Assembly (NCBI GenBank): GCA_028023455.1
Contig: JAQFVV010000004.1
Span: 17,856,001-17,920,000, forward strand
DNA length: 64,000 nucleotides
DNA from: Epiperipatus broadwayi
Lineage: Eukaryota > Animalia > Onychophora
Reading direction: 5' to 3'
Below the pieces are notes generated by a model, which worked only from the letters and a program-made list of their open reading frames with translations, did not search any database and had not been told where the DNA came from. Shown here in pieces: positions 9,886-24,914 of this stretch (positions are counted from its first letter, which is position 1; the number at the start of each line of letters is the position of its first letter). The position numbers and the translations under genes were made by a program.

Positions 9886-12800
9886 AAAATATTTTTTTAG
9901 CATCTTATTTGCAATACAATAAAAGATGGATACCCACCTTTATCTATAGTCCAATATATTATATAGATATTAAAGATTGCAACTTAACTAAAGAGAGTGA
10001 GATTATTAATTCAAAGAAGATTAAATAAACCTCATTAAATAGGAAAACATAACATGTTCTGAAAACAAACGAACAAATAGTCAACTATAACTTTCAAATT
10101 CCACTGTAATTATGCACTACTAAGGCAATGAAGCTAATAACGCCCAAAGCTAGATAGGTTTATAAATGTAAATAAATAATAAAGTATGAGCTAATATCTG
10201 ATATATATATGAAAGGAACAAAATATAGGTATTGCAATTCTATTGTATTTAGAAAATTCAATTTTCATTAAATGTACTTTAAAACTGGATCATAATTTGG
10301 CTGTAATTTAATCAATATCATAAAAATTTCCTCTAGCTATATATGGGATATATCCTCTCTATTGATATTATCAAAAAATATTAGCTTGAAATAAAATAAT
10401 CCAAATGAGATGCAAAACGTTTTTTATTTTTTTTTTATTTTCTCTTGGGAAAGTTGGTCAATAATATTGCGAAACATTTTTTATATTTCTAAACATGAAA
10501 AATATCATGATTGTTGGTGAAATACTTCTTGATTTAATTTTAACTATGTTTAAAACCTGCTAATAAAATTAGAGGACATATTTCTCCTCTATCAATCACA
10601 AATAGAGCAATAGCATAAACAATACAAACTTTTGGTTGATCATTTCATTGTTGTTTGTTTAACTAAGCTTTGACAACTATGTCCAAAGATATTTGCAACT
10701 TTATTTTCCTTCTCTTTTTCTTTAACTTCTATATAAAAAAATTTTAACCTGCTACCATTTTTGATCAGTAGATTCATTTTTTTAATTTGTCAGTATTAAA
10801 TTCCTTGTATAACTCACTTCAAGTTTTATTCATGCAGAGGAATTCATTAATTTCATCATCAATGTTTATTGTGATAATATTTGTAAGATTTTTTGCTATT
10901 TGTGTATTGTATTGATGTGCAATCTTTGGATGAAATAATAAACGAGGAACATAAGTCATAAAAAGTTTCACTTTCAAGGACCCAAATAATTTGGAGAAGC
11001 ATTATCTTGATGACTAAAATAATCAGTGTGACAAGGATATATAATTACAGCTTCGGACTTGGATAGTAATGCTAGGATAGAAAAGTGATTAGTTATCAAT
11101 CCTGAGATATTTAGATAATTAATTAGATGAAATGTGCCCTATGTATGTGCTACAAAGATAGCACATATTTAGATTATGCAGTATAGGTGGTTGGCATTGG
11201 CCAAATTAGTATATCATTCCTTGAAAATATATTTAAATTAATTTTCCACATATCTGAAGGAATGAAAATGATTCAGTTTATTAATTTCTAATGTTTTAGT
11301 TTTAAAATCTGGTGCAATCTGCAAAAACCCACATATTATTGAAGTTGCCTCTGTTGCTGCATAATATATTTTTTCATAATCAATTTCTCAAATTATAATC
11401 TCATACTATGATTTTTCATGCAGTACCTACAATAGGCATGGATAATCTTTTTCAAATAGCTGACCACATAAAATATTGATTTCATAAATTGGTCAGCATC
11501 CAATAAAAGAAAAATTTCATAAACATTAAAAATATATCAAAACAAAATTATTTTTAAAAAAAAATTCATATAACTTGTAAATAGCAAAATTATTAGAAAT
11601 TACAATTTTTAGTAAGAAGTATAGTATTTCTTGATATTGGCTAATGTGAGAGAATAGGCTGTATTATTATTCCTGAAAAGACTTTCCTAAACTTTAAATT
11701 GCATTTCAGAAGTATTAACATAAGTATACATTCACAAAAGAACTGATTTTTTAAAAAAACTAATTTAAATGGTTAGCCATATCTATAAAAAGTGCAAAAT
11801 CATTAATTCATTTATTAGACTTTATTCTAAAGATAAAATTACTTTTTATTTTCAAGAAGTTATATATAATTCTCTGCAACTATAAAAATGAAGCATTTTC
11901 TCATTACTTAACAATGGACTGCATACTAGAATATCAGATTTCCATATTCAAATTCAAGTGCTAATTTTTTTTTAATCTGCAATTACAAAAATCCTTTAAG
12001 CTAAGATGGTTAAATTCTCATTTTTTTTTCTTTATATATAAAAGTGATGCTTAAAACAAAAGCATGTTGAATGTTTTCATTTTGGTCACTTAGAATAATG
12101 TAGGCACATAATATTTAAAATGTTTATAATGGCTGACACATAGAAAATACAATGAAATGTTGCAATACCATAAAAATTGAATTTATTAAAAAAAAAAAAA
12201 ATAGATGGGTTTATTAAAAAAGTCAAAATAAAAACTATAGTATTTTCACTTTTAAATACTATGACAAAATGTTGTCAATCTTGCCTGCTAATATTGTGGA
12301 TACACGGATGAATATTCTAGCTGTTTTTACAAGTACTTCATAATTAAAGAAACACAAAGTAAACATCTTTAATAGTTAAATCTTAATTTTCATTTATTAT
12401 TAAATTAAGAAACTGCTTATTTACATTAAATCTCAATCAAGTGAAAAAATAAGTAAATGTTGAGAAAAAGAAATAATAGAAAATTTAATAAAAATTATTA
12501 TATCACTTTTAATCATGAAATAAGAATGTCATACAAAAAATCATAAAAGATCATATGGGAAAATCATAAACAACTGCAACAATAACAAATTTTTATACAG
12601 TAAATGCATTTGATTTAATGATTTAAATTTGAGTATAATATTCAACTTTTTAAATATCTATTCAATTTAAATTTCAAAATAATTGTTATCTGGTTGACAT
12701 TTCTACTATACTGAAGGGACAAGATTCTGATGCAACTCTCTTTTCCAAAAGTAATTAAGTGAAATTTATAATACTAATGGATTTTGGGTTAACAATTAAT

Positions 12801-13858
12801 CCCACTAAATTTCATTGAAATAATAAGGTGCAAAACATGAATAAATATATTTAAAGAGTTGCTATAGTTTATTATTATGACTATTCATTGGCTTATGATC
12901 CATGGAATCCTAAAAATTAATTGTAGCATCATTCTGTATGAATGGATTTTGTAAAAACATTGTCCAGCAGCTGTGTGGGGGGAGGGGAGCTTTTAAAACA
13001 TTTTTTCATTCTTACAGCTATTTTCCCAACTATGATCATGTGATGGTTGGAAGAGACATGTCTTAGGATCCAAAATTGATTAAATTAAATAGTTGGGCAA
13101 AAAATAAACCATAATTTCTTTTTTAAAAAAACTATTTTATGTCTAATAAAATTAAATTTTGTTTTATGCAATTTTTTAAAAGCCAAAGTGCACTAAGAAT
13201 TACTGTTGTAAGTTTAATTGTTTAATATATATATTTTTTGAGATTGTGTTGGTTTTTTTTTTTTTTTTTTGGAGGGCTTACAACAATGCTCTCCCCATAA
13301 TGTTACATTTGTAGTACTATTCACTTACTTTTCATGCTCAAAACTGATACCACACTGTAGTTTTTGAAATTGACTTTATTACAAGATCTATAATATGCTA
13401 AATAAAAAAATCTGGAAAATGTAAGTTCCAATCATAGCAGCTAAATATATATATAATGTAGTTGATAAAATTTTCTGTAAACAATATAACTCTTGAATCA
13501 ATCATTCTTACCATTACCATTGGCCTAAATTGATCATCTCAAAGTATTCAATCAAGGGTAGATCCAATAGAACATAGTTTTAAAGTCTGCTTGGTTATAG
13601 AAATTTACAGGATTACTGAAGTTCATCTGAGAAATAAAACTATTCATTTTAATTTCCATAATGGGTCAATAATCTTTTTTAATAATATATAGGTGTGATT
13701 TGCATAAAAGTTAAACTTTTATTCAAATTACTTTAAATTTGCTGATGACTTCAGTTAAAAAAAAATTAAAGTGATAGTTGATACCAGTTATAAAGATGGA
13801 AAAATATTTATAATATTTATAGTCAGGATTGTGCAATAATGGAATTGTTAATATGCTT

Positions 13859-13877
13859 ACACACACACACACACACA
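13859..13877 (+). repeat. (AC)n microsatellite
   Basis: Perfect AC run. Confidence 0.9.
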
Positions 13878-16416
13878 GAATTATTTTTCCTTTTACATGA
13901 CAACAAATTTTTAATTAGATTTTGCATTTGACTTTATGTATTCAACTATTTTTTAATCAATTCAATAACGGATGAAAGCTTCCGAACAGGTTTATAAGTT
14001 TCTACTCCCTCTCCTCCAATACCAGTTAGAAAATTAGAAAAAAAAACTAAAAAACTTTTTGCTCAATTTTAACAAAGGCAAAACAATATACATGTATACT
14101 TCACTTTCAAATTATAATGTCATACATAAAACATTCTAACCAATGAAACAAAAGTTTAGTCTATATATAAGTATACTGACACATTTGCAAACTATTATGT
14201 AAAATTAATAATCAAAATGGAATAAAGTGAAATTTGTCAACTAATACGTACAAAAAAAAAAAAGGATACATGTTGTTATGTGTTTGTTTGTTTCTTTTTG
14301 TAGAAAACGACTTTTAGAATTTGTTAATTTTAATATAACTTGAATAAATTCGGGTAATAAAAAAAAATGGATAAAGATGAAAAAAACTATCTTATCCCAA
14401 ATCTAGATTTTTATGTGATTCTATGAATTTTGATATTAAAACAACTATTCCATTCATATTTTTCATTAAAATCTTTTTACAATGTATTATAATGACTAAG
14501 TTAATAGAATAACATACAATACAATGAATAGTAGTCGCAAATGATCACCATTTATTTACGAATGGATGGTTGTCCTTATTCTATGAAGATAAATTCAGGT
14601 TTAGATTTATATAAGAGGAATATTTTGTAATATGTTTTATATAGTTAACTTGCAAATAATATTTATATTATAAATTATCTCCGAGAACTATTCAAATAGA
14701 GTGCACTTATGTTAAAAAAAAAAAAAAGACAGCTTTTGAATTTTGTAACGATTAATTTTATTAAACTTGAATAATTATTTACTAAATAAATTAAATACAA
14801 TAATTTTTTTTTTTATAAATTATTAATTATATTTCTAATAATTAAATATGTGAGTGCTATTAATCTAGATTTTATCTCGATTTATTTTACTAAATTTTTT
14901 TTTTTTTCATGGAGTTAGATGCACATATTTCAAAAACGGAAAGAAATAAACCATAGTTAAAGAGATTGAAAACGGTTGGTGTTTTTATTCAGTAAGATCA
15001 AAAAGTAGTGAATATTATTTTATATCTCTGATTGATGACATGGTATTCGTATGTGTATGATTAAAAATGTTGTAAGTATAAAGTCAAACAAACACACATT
15101 AAAAAAATCTTTATCCTTTAATCCCGGTACCCTAGTTAGATAGCTATTGTATTCTCTTTACATTCATTCTGATTATTGGAATTTGTACTTTTGATATTTA
15201 CATTTTAGATAGTCGTCATCATCATCATTAGCATTATCTATAGCTGAATCTTATCCTCCCAGTACACATTTATTCAGATATATATGAATAGTGCATCAAA
15301 TTGTAACTCTGAATTGATTGATATGATCATCAACTGACTTGTAGCATATGCTTTGATGATGTCCATTGTCACTTTGATTCCGTTACAATATATATTTACT
15401 GAATATTCGATTACAACTCAATGTTATAGAAGATATGAATACAAAAAATGTATTGATTATAGTGAAGTTCTACACAATAACCATTCCATGCAAGTACAGA
15501 TCATACTTATGTACACTGTTTCTTATTAAATTAAGGTTTAAACAATGAATGCCAAATCATATAAGAAACATACATGCTCTGCAATGTTTAGTTACTAGCT
15601 TAATATGCCTAAATCAAATTATCAGCTCCTTTTCTCAAAACTCTCATTTCTAAATATTACTTTAATAATTATCTCATTAAACATCAAACAATTATAGTGG
15701 CGCTAAAACATCCTTTATATTTTGTTCTAAGCCTCTCAAGTATTCATTATGTATAAGCTAAGATTACAATGGGATACATATTGTTTACTGAATTGCACAT
15801 GTACTGTACATTTAACACACACATATATATATAAATGTGGTTTTAATTTCTCTTTTTTGTAAAAAAAAAAAATTTTTAATTTTATATTATAGAAGAAAAA
15901 TTTTGGTAATAATTATTTGGGGGGGGGGTTGGGGGGGCTTTCTTCTCCCTTTCTCAATAGAAATTGATTTTTGTAAATGGAAATGTTAAATTTAAATTGG
16001 GTTTAGTTTCTTTTTTTTTTTTGTAAGGAATGGTTCTTTTGTGTTGTTTGTGTGTGTCTTTGTTGATGGTGTATGTCTTTTTTTTTTATATTTTATTTAT
16101 AGAAGATAAGAATATGAAAATGTTTTATTGAGTTAGTTTTTTTTTTTTTGAAATGGTGTAATCGAGGGTTCTCTTTGTTGTGTTGGTTGGTTTGTGTTTT
16201 TGTGAATGCCCTATATATATAATAAATGATTTTCTATGTATATAGTATGAATATGTAAGTTAAAATTATAATATAAACAAAATTTAAAAAATATAAATTG
16301 AGAGATCACGTCTTCATAGATGTTTCCATATGTGTGTTAAAAATGTGATTGCACATGGAGTTCCAAGATAAAAAAAAAAGCCTATTGGCATACTATAAAA
16401 TTCATTAAATTTACAC

Positions 16417-17367
16417 ATTTTGGGAATAGTATATATAATGCACCCCACCGCTTGATGGCGCTGTTTTTTTTCCCAACGCACATCAATATACCGTTTTAGC
16501 GGCCTAACTTATGGCTAATACTACAGGAATGTTGTAACCGTAACAGGCTGCTTGATGGCGATGTATTATACACTTACAGAATGAAATACTATGCCCATTG
16601 CCTTGTGACAGTATTCCTCAAGTGAGCGCAATTGATCTCTTGCTATGGTATGAATTGATGGTGTATTTTATGTTCATGAAAGTCTTAAAATATGCATTCC
16701 TGTATAATTATGATAAGGCGTACTCGAAGTAGTAGTACATAGTAAGAATTGTCAACCCATTACATATCCTTCCCTACAATTTGTAACTGCACACAACTTC
16801 GAAAGGTTAGGGTGAAAAGCAGAGTTCGGCTGAGCTCCCACGAAAATTCACGTTTTTGCATTAAAATATTTGAGGTTTCAGGTCCTTTTGGAAATCATAA
16901 GTTTGTTTTTGTTAAACTACTGCATCTTTTGGACGATCCAAAGGATCGTCAAAACCATCGTTCTCCACCATCTTGCACATTTCAGCACTAAACACTGACA
17001 TATCCTCCCTTCCTGATCTTCCCTATTTCACAAGTTGTTTTTTACACTCAATGCGTTTTGCATGATCGGCTAAACAATTGTTCACCTCCCTGCACATTGA
17101 TGCACTTGCCAAAGCAGTCTTTCACAAGTTGTTGTCCAAAAGAACTTGTTCATTTTCAATCAAAAATAAGCACAGTAATTAATTAATACATGTCTTTAAT
17201 TTTTTTAATCTCAAAATAATACATGAAATTGGACAATAAAAACAAAAAATACCATAGTACTTTTATATATAGAAACCGATGGCCTATGATCCAGTATATT
17301 AATGAGCGTTGGGTGAAAAACAGTGCCATCAAGCGGTGGGGTGCAGTATATGTACTATTGCTCAAAT
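16417..17367. mobile_element. Non-autonomous DNA transposon with ~75-bp imperfect TIRs, superfamily unassigned
   Basis: TGCACCCCACCGCTTGATGGCGCTGTTTT..CCCAACGC at ~16439 is the reverse complement of ~17307-17344. The interior is GC-richer and coding-like but broken. Confidence 0.7.
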
Positions 17368-17456
17368 TTTAATATTTTACTTTTGATTTCCTTTTTTTTT
17401 TGCATACCATAATAATAAAAAAAGGCTACAGACATATAAAATCTATTAAATTTATG

Positions 17457-18830
17457 GGTAATGATCTGATCTCTCATGTCAGCCAATTGATGGAGCTATT
17501 TCTAGCTAAATTGCTAAAAATATGTCATTTCCACAGCCACAGCCAAGCAGTCAGCCTTCTTTCTATGACATAACATAGAAAGAGTCTGTTGTACTCGGCT
17601 TCCAGCTACCGCTGGTGGCTTTTTTCTATGCTAAAAGCAAAGGAAAATGCCTTCATTGGTTGCCATAGAAGTTTATGTTACATAGTTTATCGTAATGCTG
17701 GGTTGTATTTTTTTGCTACAATATTATACTAGGGTATGTTAAGCACATCATGTCTAAATAATTTAATTTTTCATTGGTGACATCTTTTTTTTAATCTGAA
17801 TTGATGTACTCCTACCTTTTAACAGTATTGTGACTGTTCCATGATAAAGCTGTAAGCCTCATCAATTAGCTTTTAGGGTGGGGTAGTGCAATATTTTGAT
17901 GATTACACTGTAAGTCACATTTTGGCGAGTATTTTTCTGAGACAAATAAGATGGCAAATTCGAATGATCAAAAGTTGAAGCTATGGCAATTGTCAGACAC
18001 CCAAGCCAGCGCTGTAACATTTCTACAGCAGAACAACATCCTGCTGAAAGATAAGATCTGTTTGTGTGGCAAGACAATGCGACTTGAGGTCCATAAACAT
18101 CTTTGGACTTTCATCTGCAAGTCGTATTCTTGGCATCGCAAGTGTTCGTTCATAAAGGCAGCTGGTTTGAGGGATTCCATGTCCTTCGTCAAATGTTTAT
18201 GGTTGCTTCACTATTGGAACCGTGATGAGTTGAGTGTACATCATGCTGTCAAATGATCTTGTTGTCTCAAGATGCTTTTGTCAAGTGGAAGGAGGCTCTC
18301 CATGAGCTGTGTTGCAAAAGCCTTTCTTCAAGACTGTCCAGTCAAGTTGAAGAGGTTTGATAGTTGAGGTAGACAAAACACTTTTCAGTTGACGAAAGAA
18401 CTACCAAGGAAGAATGCTTCCTCAACAATGGATCTTTGGAGGGTTCTGCAGAAAGGCTGGGGAATGCTTTGCCACATCAGTTCCATCATGAACGACATCC
18501 ATCCTTCTGCAGGCCATACAGGCAATGTCAAGTGTGGATCCACCATTTACTCCGACTGCTGGAAGGCTATAAAACAACAGCTTTGGAGGCTGCAGGGTTT
18601 AAACACTTCACTGTTAACCATCGCTACAACTTTGTCGACCCTAAAACAGGCACTCACACCCAACACGTTGAACCTCTTTGGGGATGTCTGAAGTCCCAGA
18701 ACAGAAAACAGCATGGGACAGCCAGTAGTTCTCTGGACAATTACCTGTATGAGTTCCTGTGGTGATGTCTTCACAAGGCCAGAGATGATTTTTATGCAAT
18801 CTTGGGTGAGATGCAGTAGCTAAAGCAGAA
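17457..18830 (+). mobile_element. Merlin DNA transposon (left end plus transposase); right end not located
   Basis: The first ~50 bp from GGTAATG align with the left end of the TSD-defined Merlin at 37858. The 5' regions share further homology (17560-17680 vs 38030-38150). Confidence 0.65.
17951..18820 (+). pseudogene. Merlin/IS1595 (ISXO2-like) DDE transposase pseudogene
   Basis: Across frameshifts: N-terminal CxC zinc-ribbon region, VEVDKTLFS*RKNYQGRMLPQQWIFGG, IYSDCWKA, HFTVNHRYNFVDPKTGTHTQHVEPLWG, LDNYLYEFLW. Confidence 0.9.
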
Positions 18831-20069
18831 GTGGTCCTTTTTTTTCTTTTTTTTCTGTTACAATGTTTTGCGTTCCATGGACAGTATAAGTTTCATGTGT
18901 TGGTTTGTCGTTTATGCGTTGACTGATGTTTGTTCAAAGTTTTGGTCCATGTAAATGTTATTTTTGGCCATGGAAATGTTGTTAAAGGTTTATAAAATGA
19001 TTTTCTGAAGAAAGAAGACAAGAATATATAAGTGAGTGAAATTTTAATTATTTGAATAAATGGCTAAATTATTAATTTAAGGTAAATATGTTTGATGCTG
19101 ATGTTTGATTATTCTAAAAGTAACAATTTGTCTCCCATTAATTATTGGCAAGAAACTATCTAAATATACACAACAAAAAAACCTCTTCTCCCATTAATTT
19201 TTGTCAATAATATTTAACAAAAAAAAAACACCTAAATTTGTATTTCATCTTAGTCAAAATAAACACATCTCTCATTAATAATTGTTAAAAAAATTCAACA
19301 AAAAAACAAACAGATTTTCTAAAAAAAAAAACATATATATATATATATCATTTTCTAGAAATAATTTATAAACAAAAAAAAAGGCAATATTAATATAGAA
19401 TCACTAGCCTGGGAATGTTATATCTATGTGTTTTTGTTTAGCAACAACGCTTTCAAGTATCTGACACCAAAGATCAGAACACTACCAGTTAATGAATTCC
19501 AAAGTTTTTACTTTTTGTTTATTTACACTTTTTTTAGGCATAGCATATAATTGAAGTAAAATATATTGATACAGCATATATCATGGCTTCACTATATTCA
19601 TTTATATACAATTTGAAATACACTTTATTTTCTCACTAATATGCACATTAATGAAATTTAAAGATGAAATATTTCCATATATCCTTGAAAAACAAATATA
19701 TTTTAAATTAAATTAAATATTAAACACAGGTCAAAATTATACAATTAAATTTTCATATATTATAGGACCTCAAATTTGAATAGAGTTTGTGGCAAAATAA
19801 AAATATATTAAATAGTGTAATTATTTGGAGAAATACAAAAAAAGATTCATTTTTATTATACTAATATACAACATTGGCTGATTTAGCATATGCATGCACA
19901 TGACATTTTAAAGTGTTTTCACTTTTTCATCTGACATCTTTCTCAGACTCTGTAAGAAACTACTAATCTATCTTTTTATTTGAACCTGAAAATGCTGTAT
20001 TTTTTTTTCATCTCTATTCTGCTTGATAGACACTACATAATAATGTTAGCTATGATCAGATAAACAGAA

Positions 20070-20200
20070 TTAGAATACTAAAATAGATATCAAGAAAGAA
20101 ATGATTTCCAAGCAAGAAAACAATAAGAGTATAACAAGTCTAAGATCTGAATATGGAATGTCTTTTTTAAAAAGAAAAAGTGCAAAGATTGTCGCTGAAA
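20070..20200 (+). pseudogene. pogo/Tigger transposase N-terminal HTH fragment
   Basis: KIDIKKEMISKQENNKSITSLRSEYGMS resembles the Tigger psq-type HTH. Confidence 0.55.
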
Positions 20201-23200
20201 TATATTTTTCAAATGTACAAGTATAATACAGTCTATAAAACTTAAATGCCCTAAGTTCACTTTATAAGAATTTTTAAATTTATATTTTTGATTTTGTATT
20301 CTCTTTTCTATTTAAATGATTGTATTTAGAAGGGAACTTTGCAGTCTAGACTAGACATATGAAATGAATAAAAAAAATTTTTTTGATGATGATATTACTT
20401 ATACTTATGATGATCAATCTTTTTTGATTTGGGGGAAATAAAAATTTCAACTATTAAACAAATTAATTTAAAAAATTGTATTTTAGGCCATGTATATATT
20501 TTTGTTTTTAGTATATTTTTATTATTATATATGGTGAATGTTTATTTTTAATTAGGTGCTGAATAAGATTTGTATTCTTCTCTTTTTTTTATGGAGATTG
20601 TTTCCTTTGAAATAAAATTCTTAGGTATGTTAATTTATCTACTACAGTTTTTAGTGTGAAGATTCTAAATAAAAATTAGCCAAGTTTATTTTCTTATTAT
20701 CAAAGTTTACCTTTAATTACATATTGAATAGAATTTGTATTTTTTTTTTTTTTTTAAGGTTTAGATTTGTTTATGATTGCAATGAAAACATTTACCTTTG
20801 GATTGAGCAAGACATCTATTACATATTTTATTACAAAAGTACTGAATAAAAAGCAATGTAAATTCTTTTAATATACTTTATTATAATATATAAAAATTAT
20901 TTTTAATTATATAATGGATAACATTTTTATAGTTTTTGTTTTTTTTCATAAATCTCACCATTTTATCATATGAAAATACCACTTTTATAACATAAGTATT
21001 CCAGGATATCAGTAGTATTATAAAATGAATGACATTAAAAAAGGTAGCACTATAAACGAATAGTTGTTTATTTATCAACAAAATGGTTACAAATTGATGA
21101 TAATCAATATAATGAATCATATATTAATCATAATGTGAGGTTATAGTTGTATGTATAAGTCAGCAAATAGTTTACTTTATATTTCTAAAGAAATGAGAAA
21201 AATATAATCCCCAGTGACAATATTTTTTTATCATGTTATTACTATCAAAATCAGCAATACAAAAATCTTATCTATTGTTTCAAATATCTGCATGCTTATG
21301 TAAATTTTGACCATTCTTAGAAATAATTTTTATATTTATGAATAACCTGATGTGACAAATATTTCTAACTTCAAATATATATATATATTGCACTATCTTC
21401 TACAGGTAATTCTTTTATTCATAAAAAGTAAATGAAAGCACTATTTAATTTATTAAGAGTGGCCATTATACATGCACATCTATTATCAGATTGTAACCAA
21501 GATGAATTATACTCACCTACTAATACATAAACTTATTATTATTACTAAAACTATTTTACTTTAATTCGTGACTATTTACTGATTTTCTTTCATATATATA
21601 TAAAGGAAAATACACTATGACTGACAGCACGTTACATTATTTATACTTTTTTAAAAATTACTGGCAGTATTTATTTAGCATATTCCATGATTATTTGTTA
21701 CCAACAGGTTACTTTCAATAAAAAGATTAAAACATTATAAAGTAGGAAAGATACAGTGTTTTTCTTTTTTTTTTTTTAAAAAAAAAAACCTCTATAAAAA
21801 GATATTTACTAAGATTAAAAAATACCTACAAACTTATTTAAAACTGTCCAAATTAAAAATTTTAATTATAGTACATATGATAAGAAGTTAATTTGATAAT
21901 AGATTTATCAAAAAAAAAAATTATGGTAGTTAAAAATATGTATATAAATTCAAAATATTTCATAAAATTTAAGTAAGGACGGAATTTTAAATTCTTCAGG
22001 AGTTTCAAAAACTTTTTGCAACGAAATATCTATTTTTTCGTTATATGCATGTAAAAAAATATGAATTTTAAATTATCATATTTCCTCTAGTAGAATTATA
22101 AAAATATCTAAAAGATAAAAGTAGTGGATTTAATCTATAATTAACAACATCCTAATTACTAATACTGATATGTAAAAAAAAAAAAAAAACCGTTAAACAA
22201 TTCTCTACAGTACAAAGATTTTTCAAATGAACTCCAAACATGAGCAGTGAAAAAGAAGGTATTGCTCACTAGACTTGATAATTGCCAGTCATGAGGATTT
22301 TTAGCATTTTCCAGCTTTGTTTTAGCCACTAGTTAAAAAACAGCTATTTCCAATTTAGGTGCCAATGCTGGATGATTAGCTAGATTGACTATGAAACGCT
22401 ATCGGAGAGAAAAATCTAATTAGAACCTAAAAAAAAAAATCCTACCTTAGATTCCAATTCCATGTTATGTATATGCATTAACCATTCATTATATTATGAG
22501 GTCATTTTAAACAGAAATAATTATTAAACAATAATACCAGAATTTAAATTTTAAATTGTGAATGGGACAAAAAATTAGTATAGTGGAGAGTTTCATGTAA
22601 AATATATTAATTTTCTAAGATAATTAATAATATAATAAGTGGTATAAAATTTTTGCAATTTCAAATTTTTTTATGTGATTTTGTTTTAAAAAATGACTAG
22701 ATAAAAATTGATATATCTTTATCATTGTTTAATTGAACTAACCAATTTCTAGGAATTAAACCAAAGCATTAATCAGTTATCTGTGTGTACTTTGAAATTT
22801 TGCTAAATAAAGCAGCATATACATTACATGTATAAATCAATCATTTTGCTATTGGTTTGCTTATTATTAAACTTATGATAACTTAATAAATAAGTGATAT
22901 AGACAATGGTGTAACTATTTTAAAGCAAACCAAGACAATATCTATGGGACCTCTGGTCCTGGGGCACCTTTTTATTATATATACATATTCAAAAAAAGTA
23001 TTAAGGTATATGTGACGAATATTAAAAAAACTTGAAATTTTTGAAGTAGGGGTCCAAAAATTTTAGTACGCCAATCAATATAGATAAAGAAAAATACGAA
23101 CAGTGTTATGTAAAATTGCTTTCTTATATACATTACTTTCTTCCTATTAAATTGAAATGATTAAATATATATATTATTGCTGGCGACTTTTTCTTTAAAA

Positions 23201-24914
23201 AAAAAAACGAAATCGTTGGCAAATGCATATTTTAAACAAATATTTCAACTATTAAATAACTTTTAATCTATATGAATCTTTAAATCTTTTGTACAATTTT
23301 AATTCATCATCTGTGTTTTAGTGCTCCCTAATCACATTGAAACAGACTGTGATGACAATTGAAGGCCAGCGCTCTCCTCATTTATCACTGCCTTATCAAT
23401 TTTCTTTTTCTTTTTAGTTAATGAATAAAACAATCCACTCTAGCAAACTACTTCTAGGTGCAATGAAATTGATACCAAATGTTTAAGTGATTTTTAATTG
23501 CATCAAATCAAAGAAAGCTCACAAATTTGTTCAAACCAGGTGAATATTAATTAGATGACCTATGAAGACAGGCATAATGTAATAGCAAATTAAAGCATTT
23601 TATATCAATCCATATCTCATCTTTTTATCGTGAGAAACATTGAATAAGATATGAATAAAAATATAAAACTTCAATTTAGTTTTATACTTAATAAAATCTA
23701 TAAAAACAAAACACACATTATATATATATATTCCAGCAGTCTATCTAAGCACATTAAAAACTCCAATTGCTAATGTATTCAATGAATATACATTTCACAA
23801 AACAGTTCCTGATTATTTTGCTTTATTTCAAGTAGATGTATCAATGTATAGATCACCTAAAAACTTTTACCAGATTATTACTCAACCTTGAAATATAAGC
23901 TGTAGGAATACTAAAGACAACTATAGTACTATACTACATAAGTATGTATAAATTTGCCCTGCATAATGGTTACACAAATTCATATGTTCCAATCACAAAT
24001 CTATGTCCACTACAATAGTTTTGTTGTTATAGAAGAATGTAAAAGCTAGTTTAAAAAAACATTTAAAATATAAGCAGTAAGATCAAACAACTGAAGAAAA
24101 TGAATTTCATAAACTATACTTTATAGTTAATCAATTCCTAGAGTTTTGGTCAGTCTTAAAGCAAGTCATATGCAGGATTGTTTATTGTGTAAAGGGTACA
24201 GTGCAGCATTTTTCAGCATGCACATATATATATATAACATATGCTTTATTACATTTTGATACTCTGCTAATCTAAATATTAATGTAAAAAATATTAAAAC
24301 AGAGTTTAAATATAGAATTTAAAAAGATTTATTGTACTAAAGGTATTTTCAATACTTTCACATCATATTCATGATCTATATTGTAAACTGCAGCCAAAAA
24401 AAACTGCCCATATGTATATTATAATGAGACCAGCGCAAATCTTAGAACTGGAATTACTCAACATTCATTAATATATGAAAAATCTAAGATTAAGACAGAA
24501 TGTATTAATTAGTTGTGATCCGAGTATTGTCAAAATTATGTGCAAAGAAAGAAACAATCACGAATATAAAATAATGTGTGGTTCATTACATAAAATGAAT
24601 ATGTAATGAACCACTGAAAGTATACTTGGTACAATAAATCTTTTTTAAATTTTATATTTAAACCGTTTTAATATTTTTTTTACATTAGCATATGCTTTAT
24701 ATGTATAGTATGCATATATAAATTAAAATTATAATATAAATAAAAATTTTATAAGATAATGTTATTAATAATAAATTGAGAAAGCACATTTACATATATA
24801 CACAATACTGCATGTTTTCAATAATTTACAATTCTATTTCATCATAATTAAATAACTGTTATAGACATTTTTTTCTTTAATATTTTTTGTTAAATTCTAA
24901 GGAAAGCATAACAG

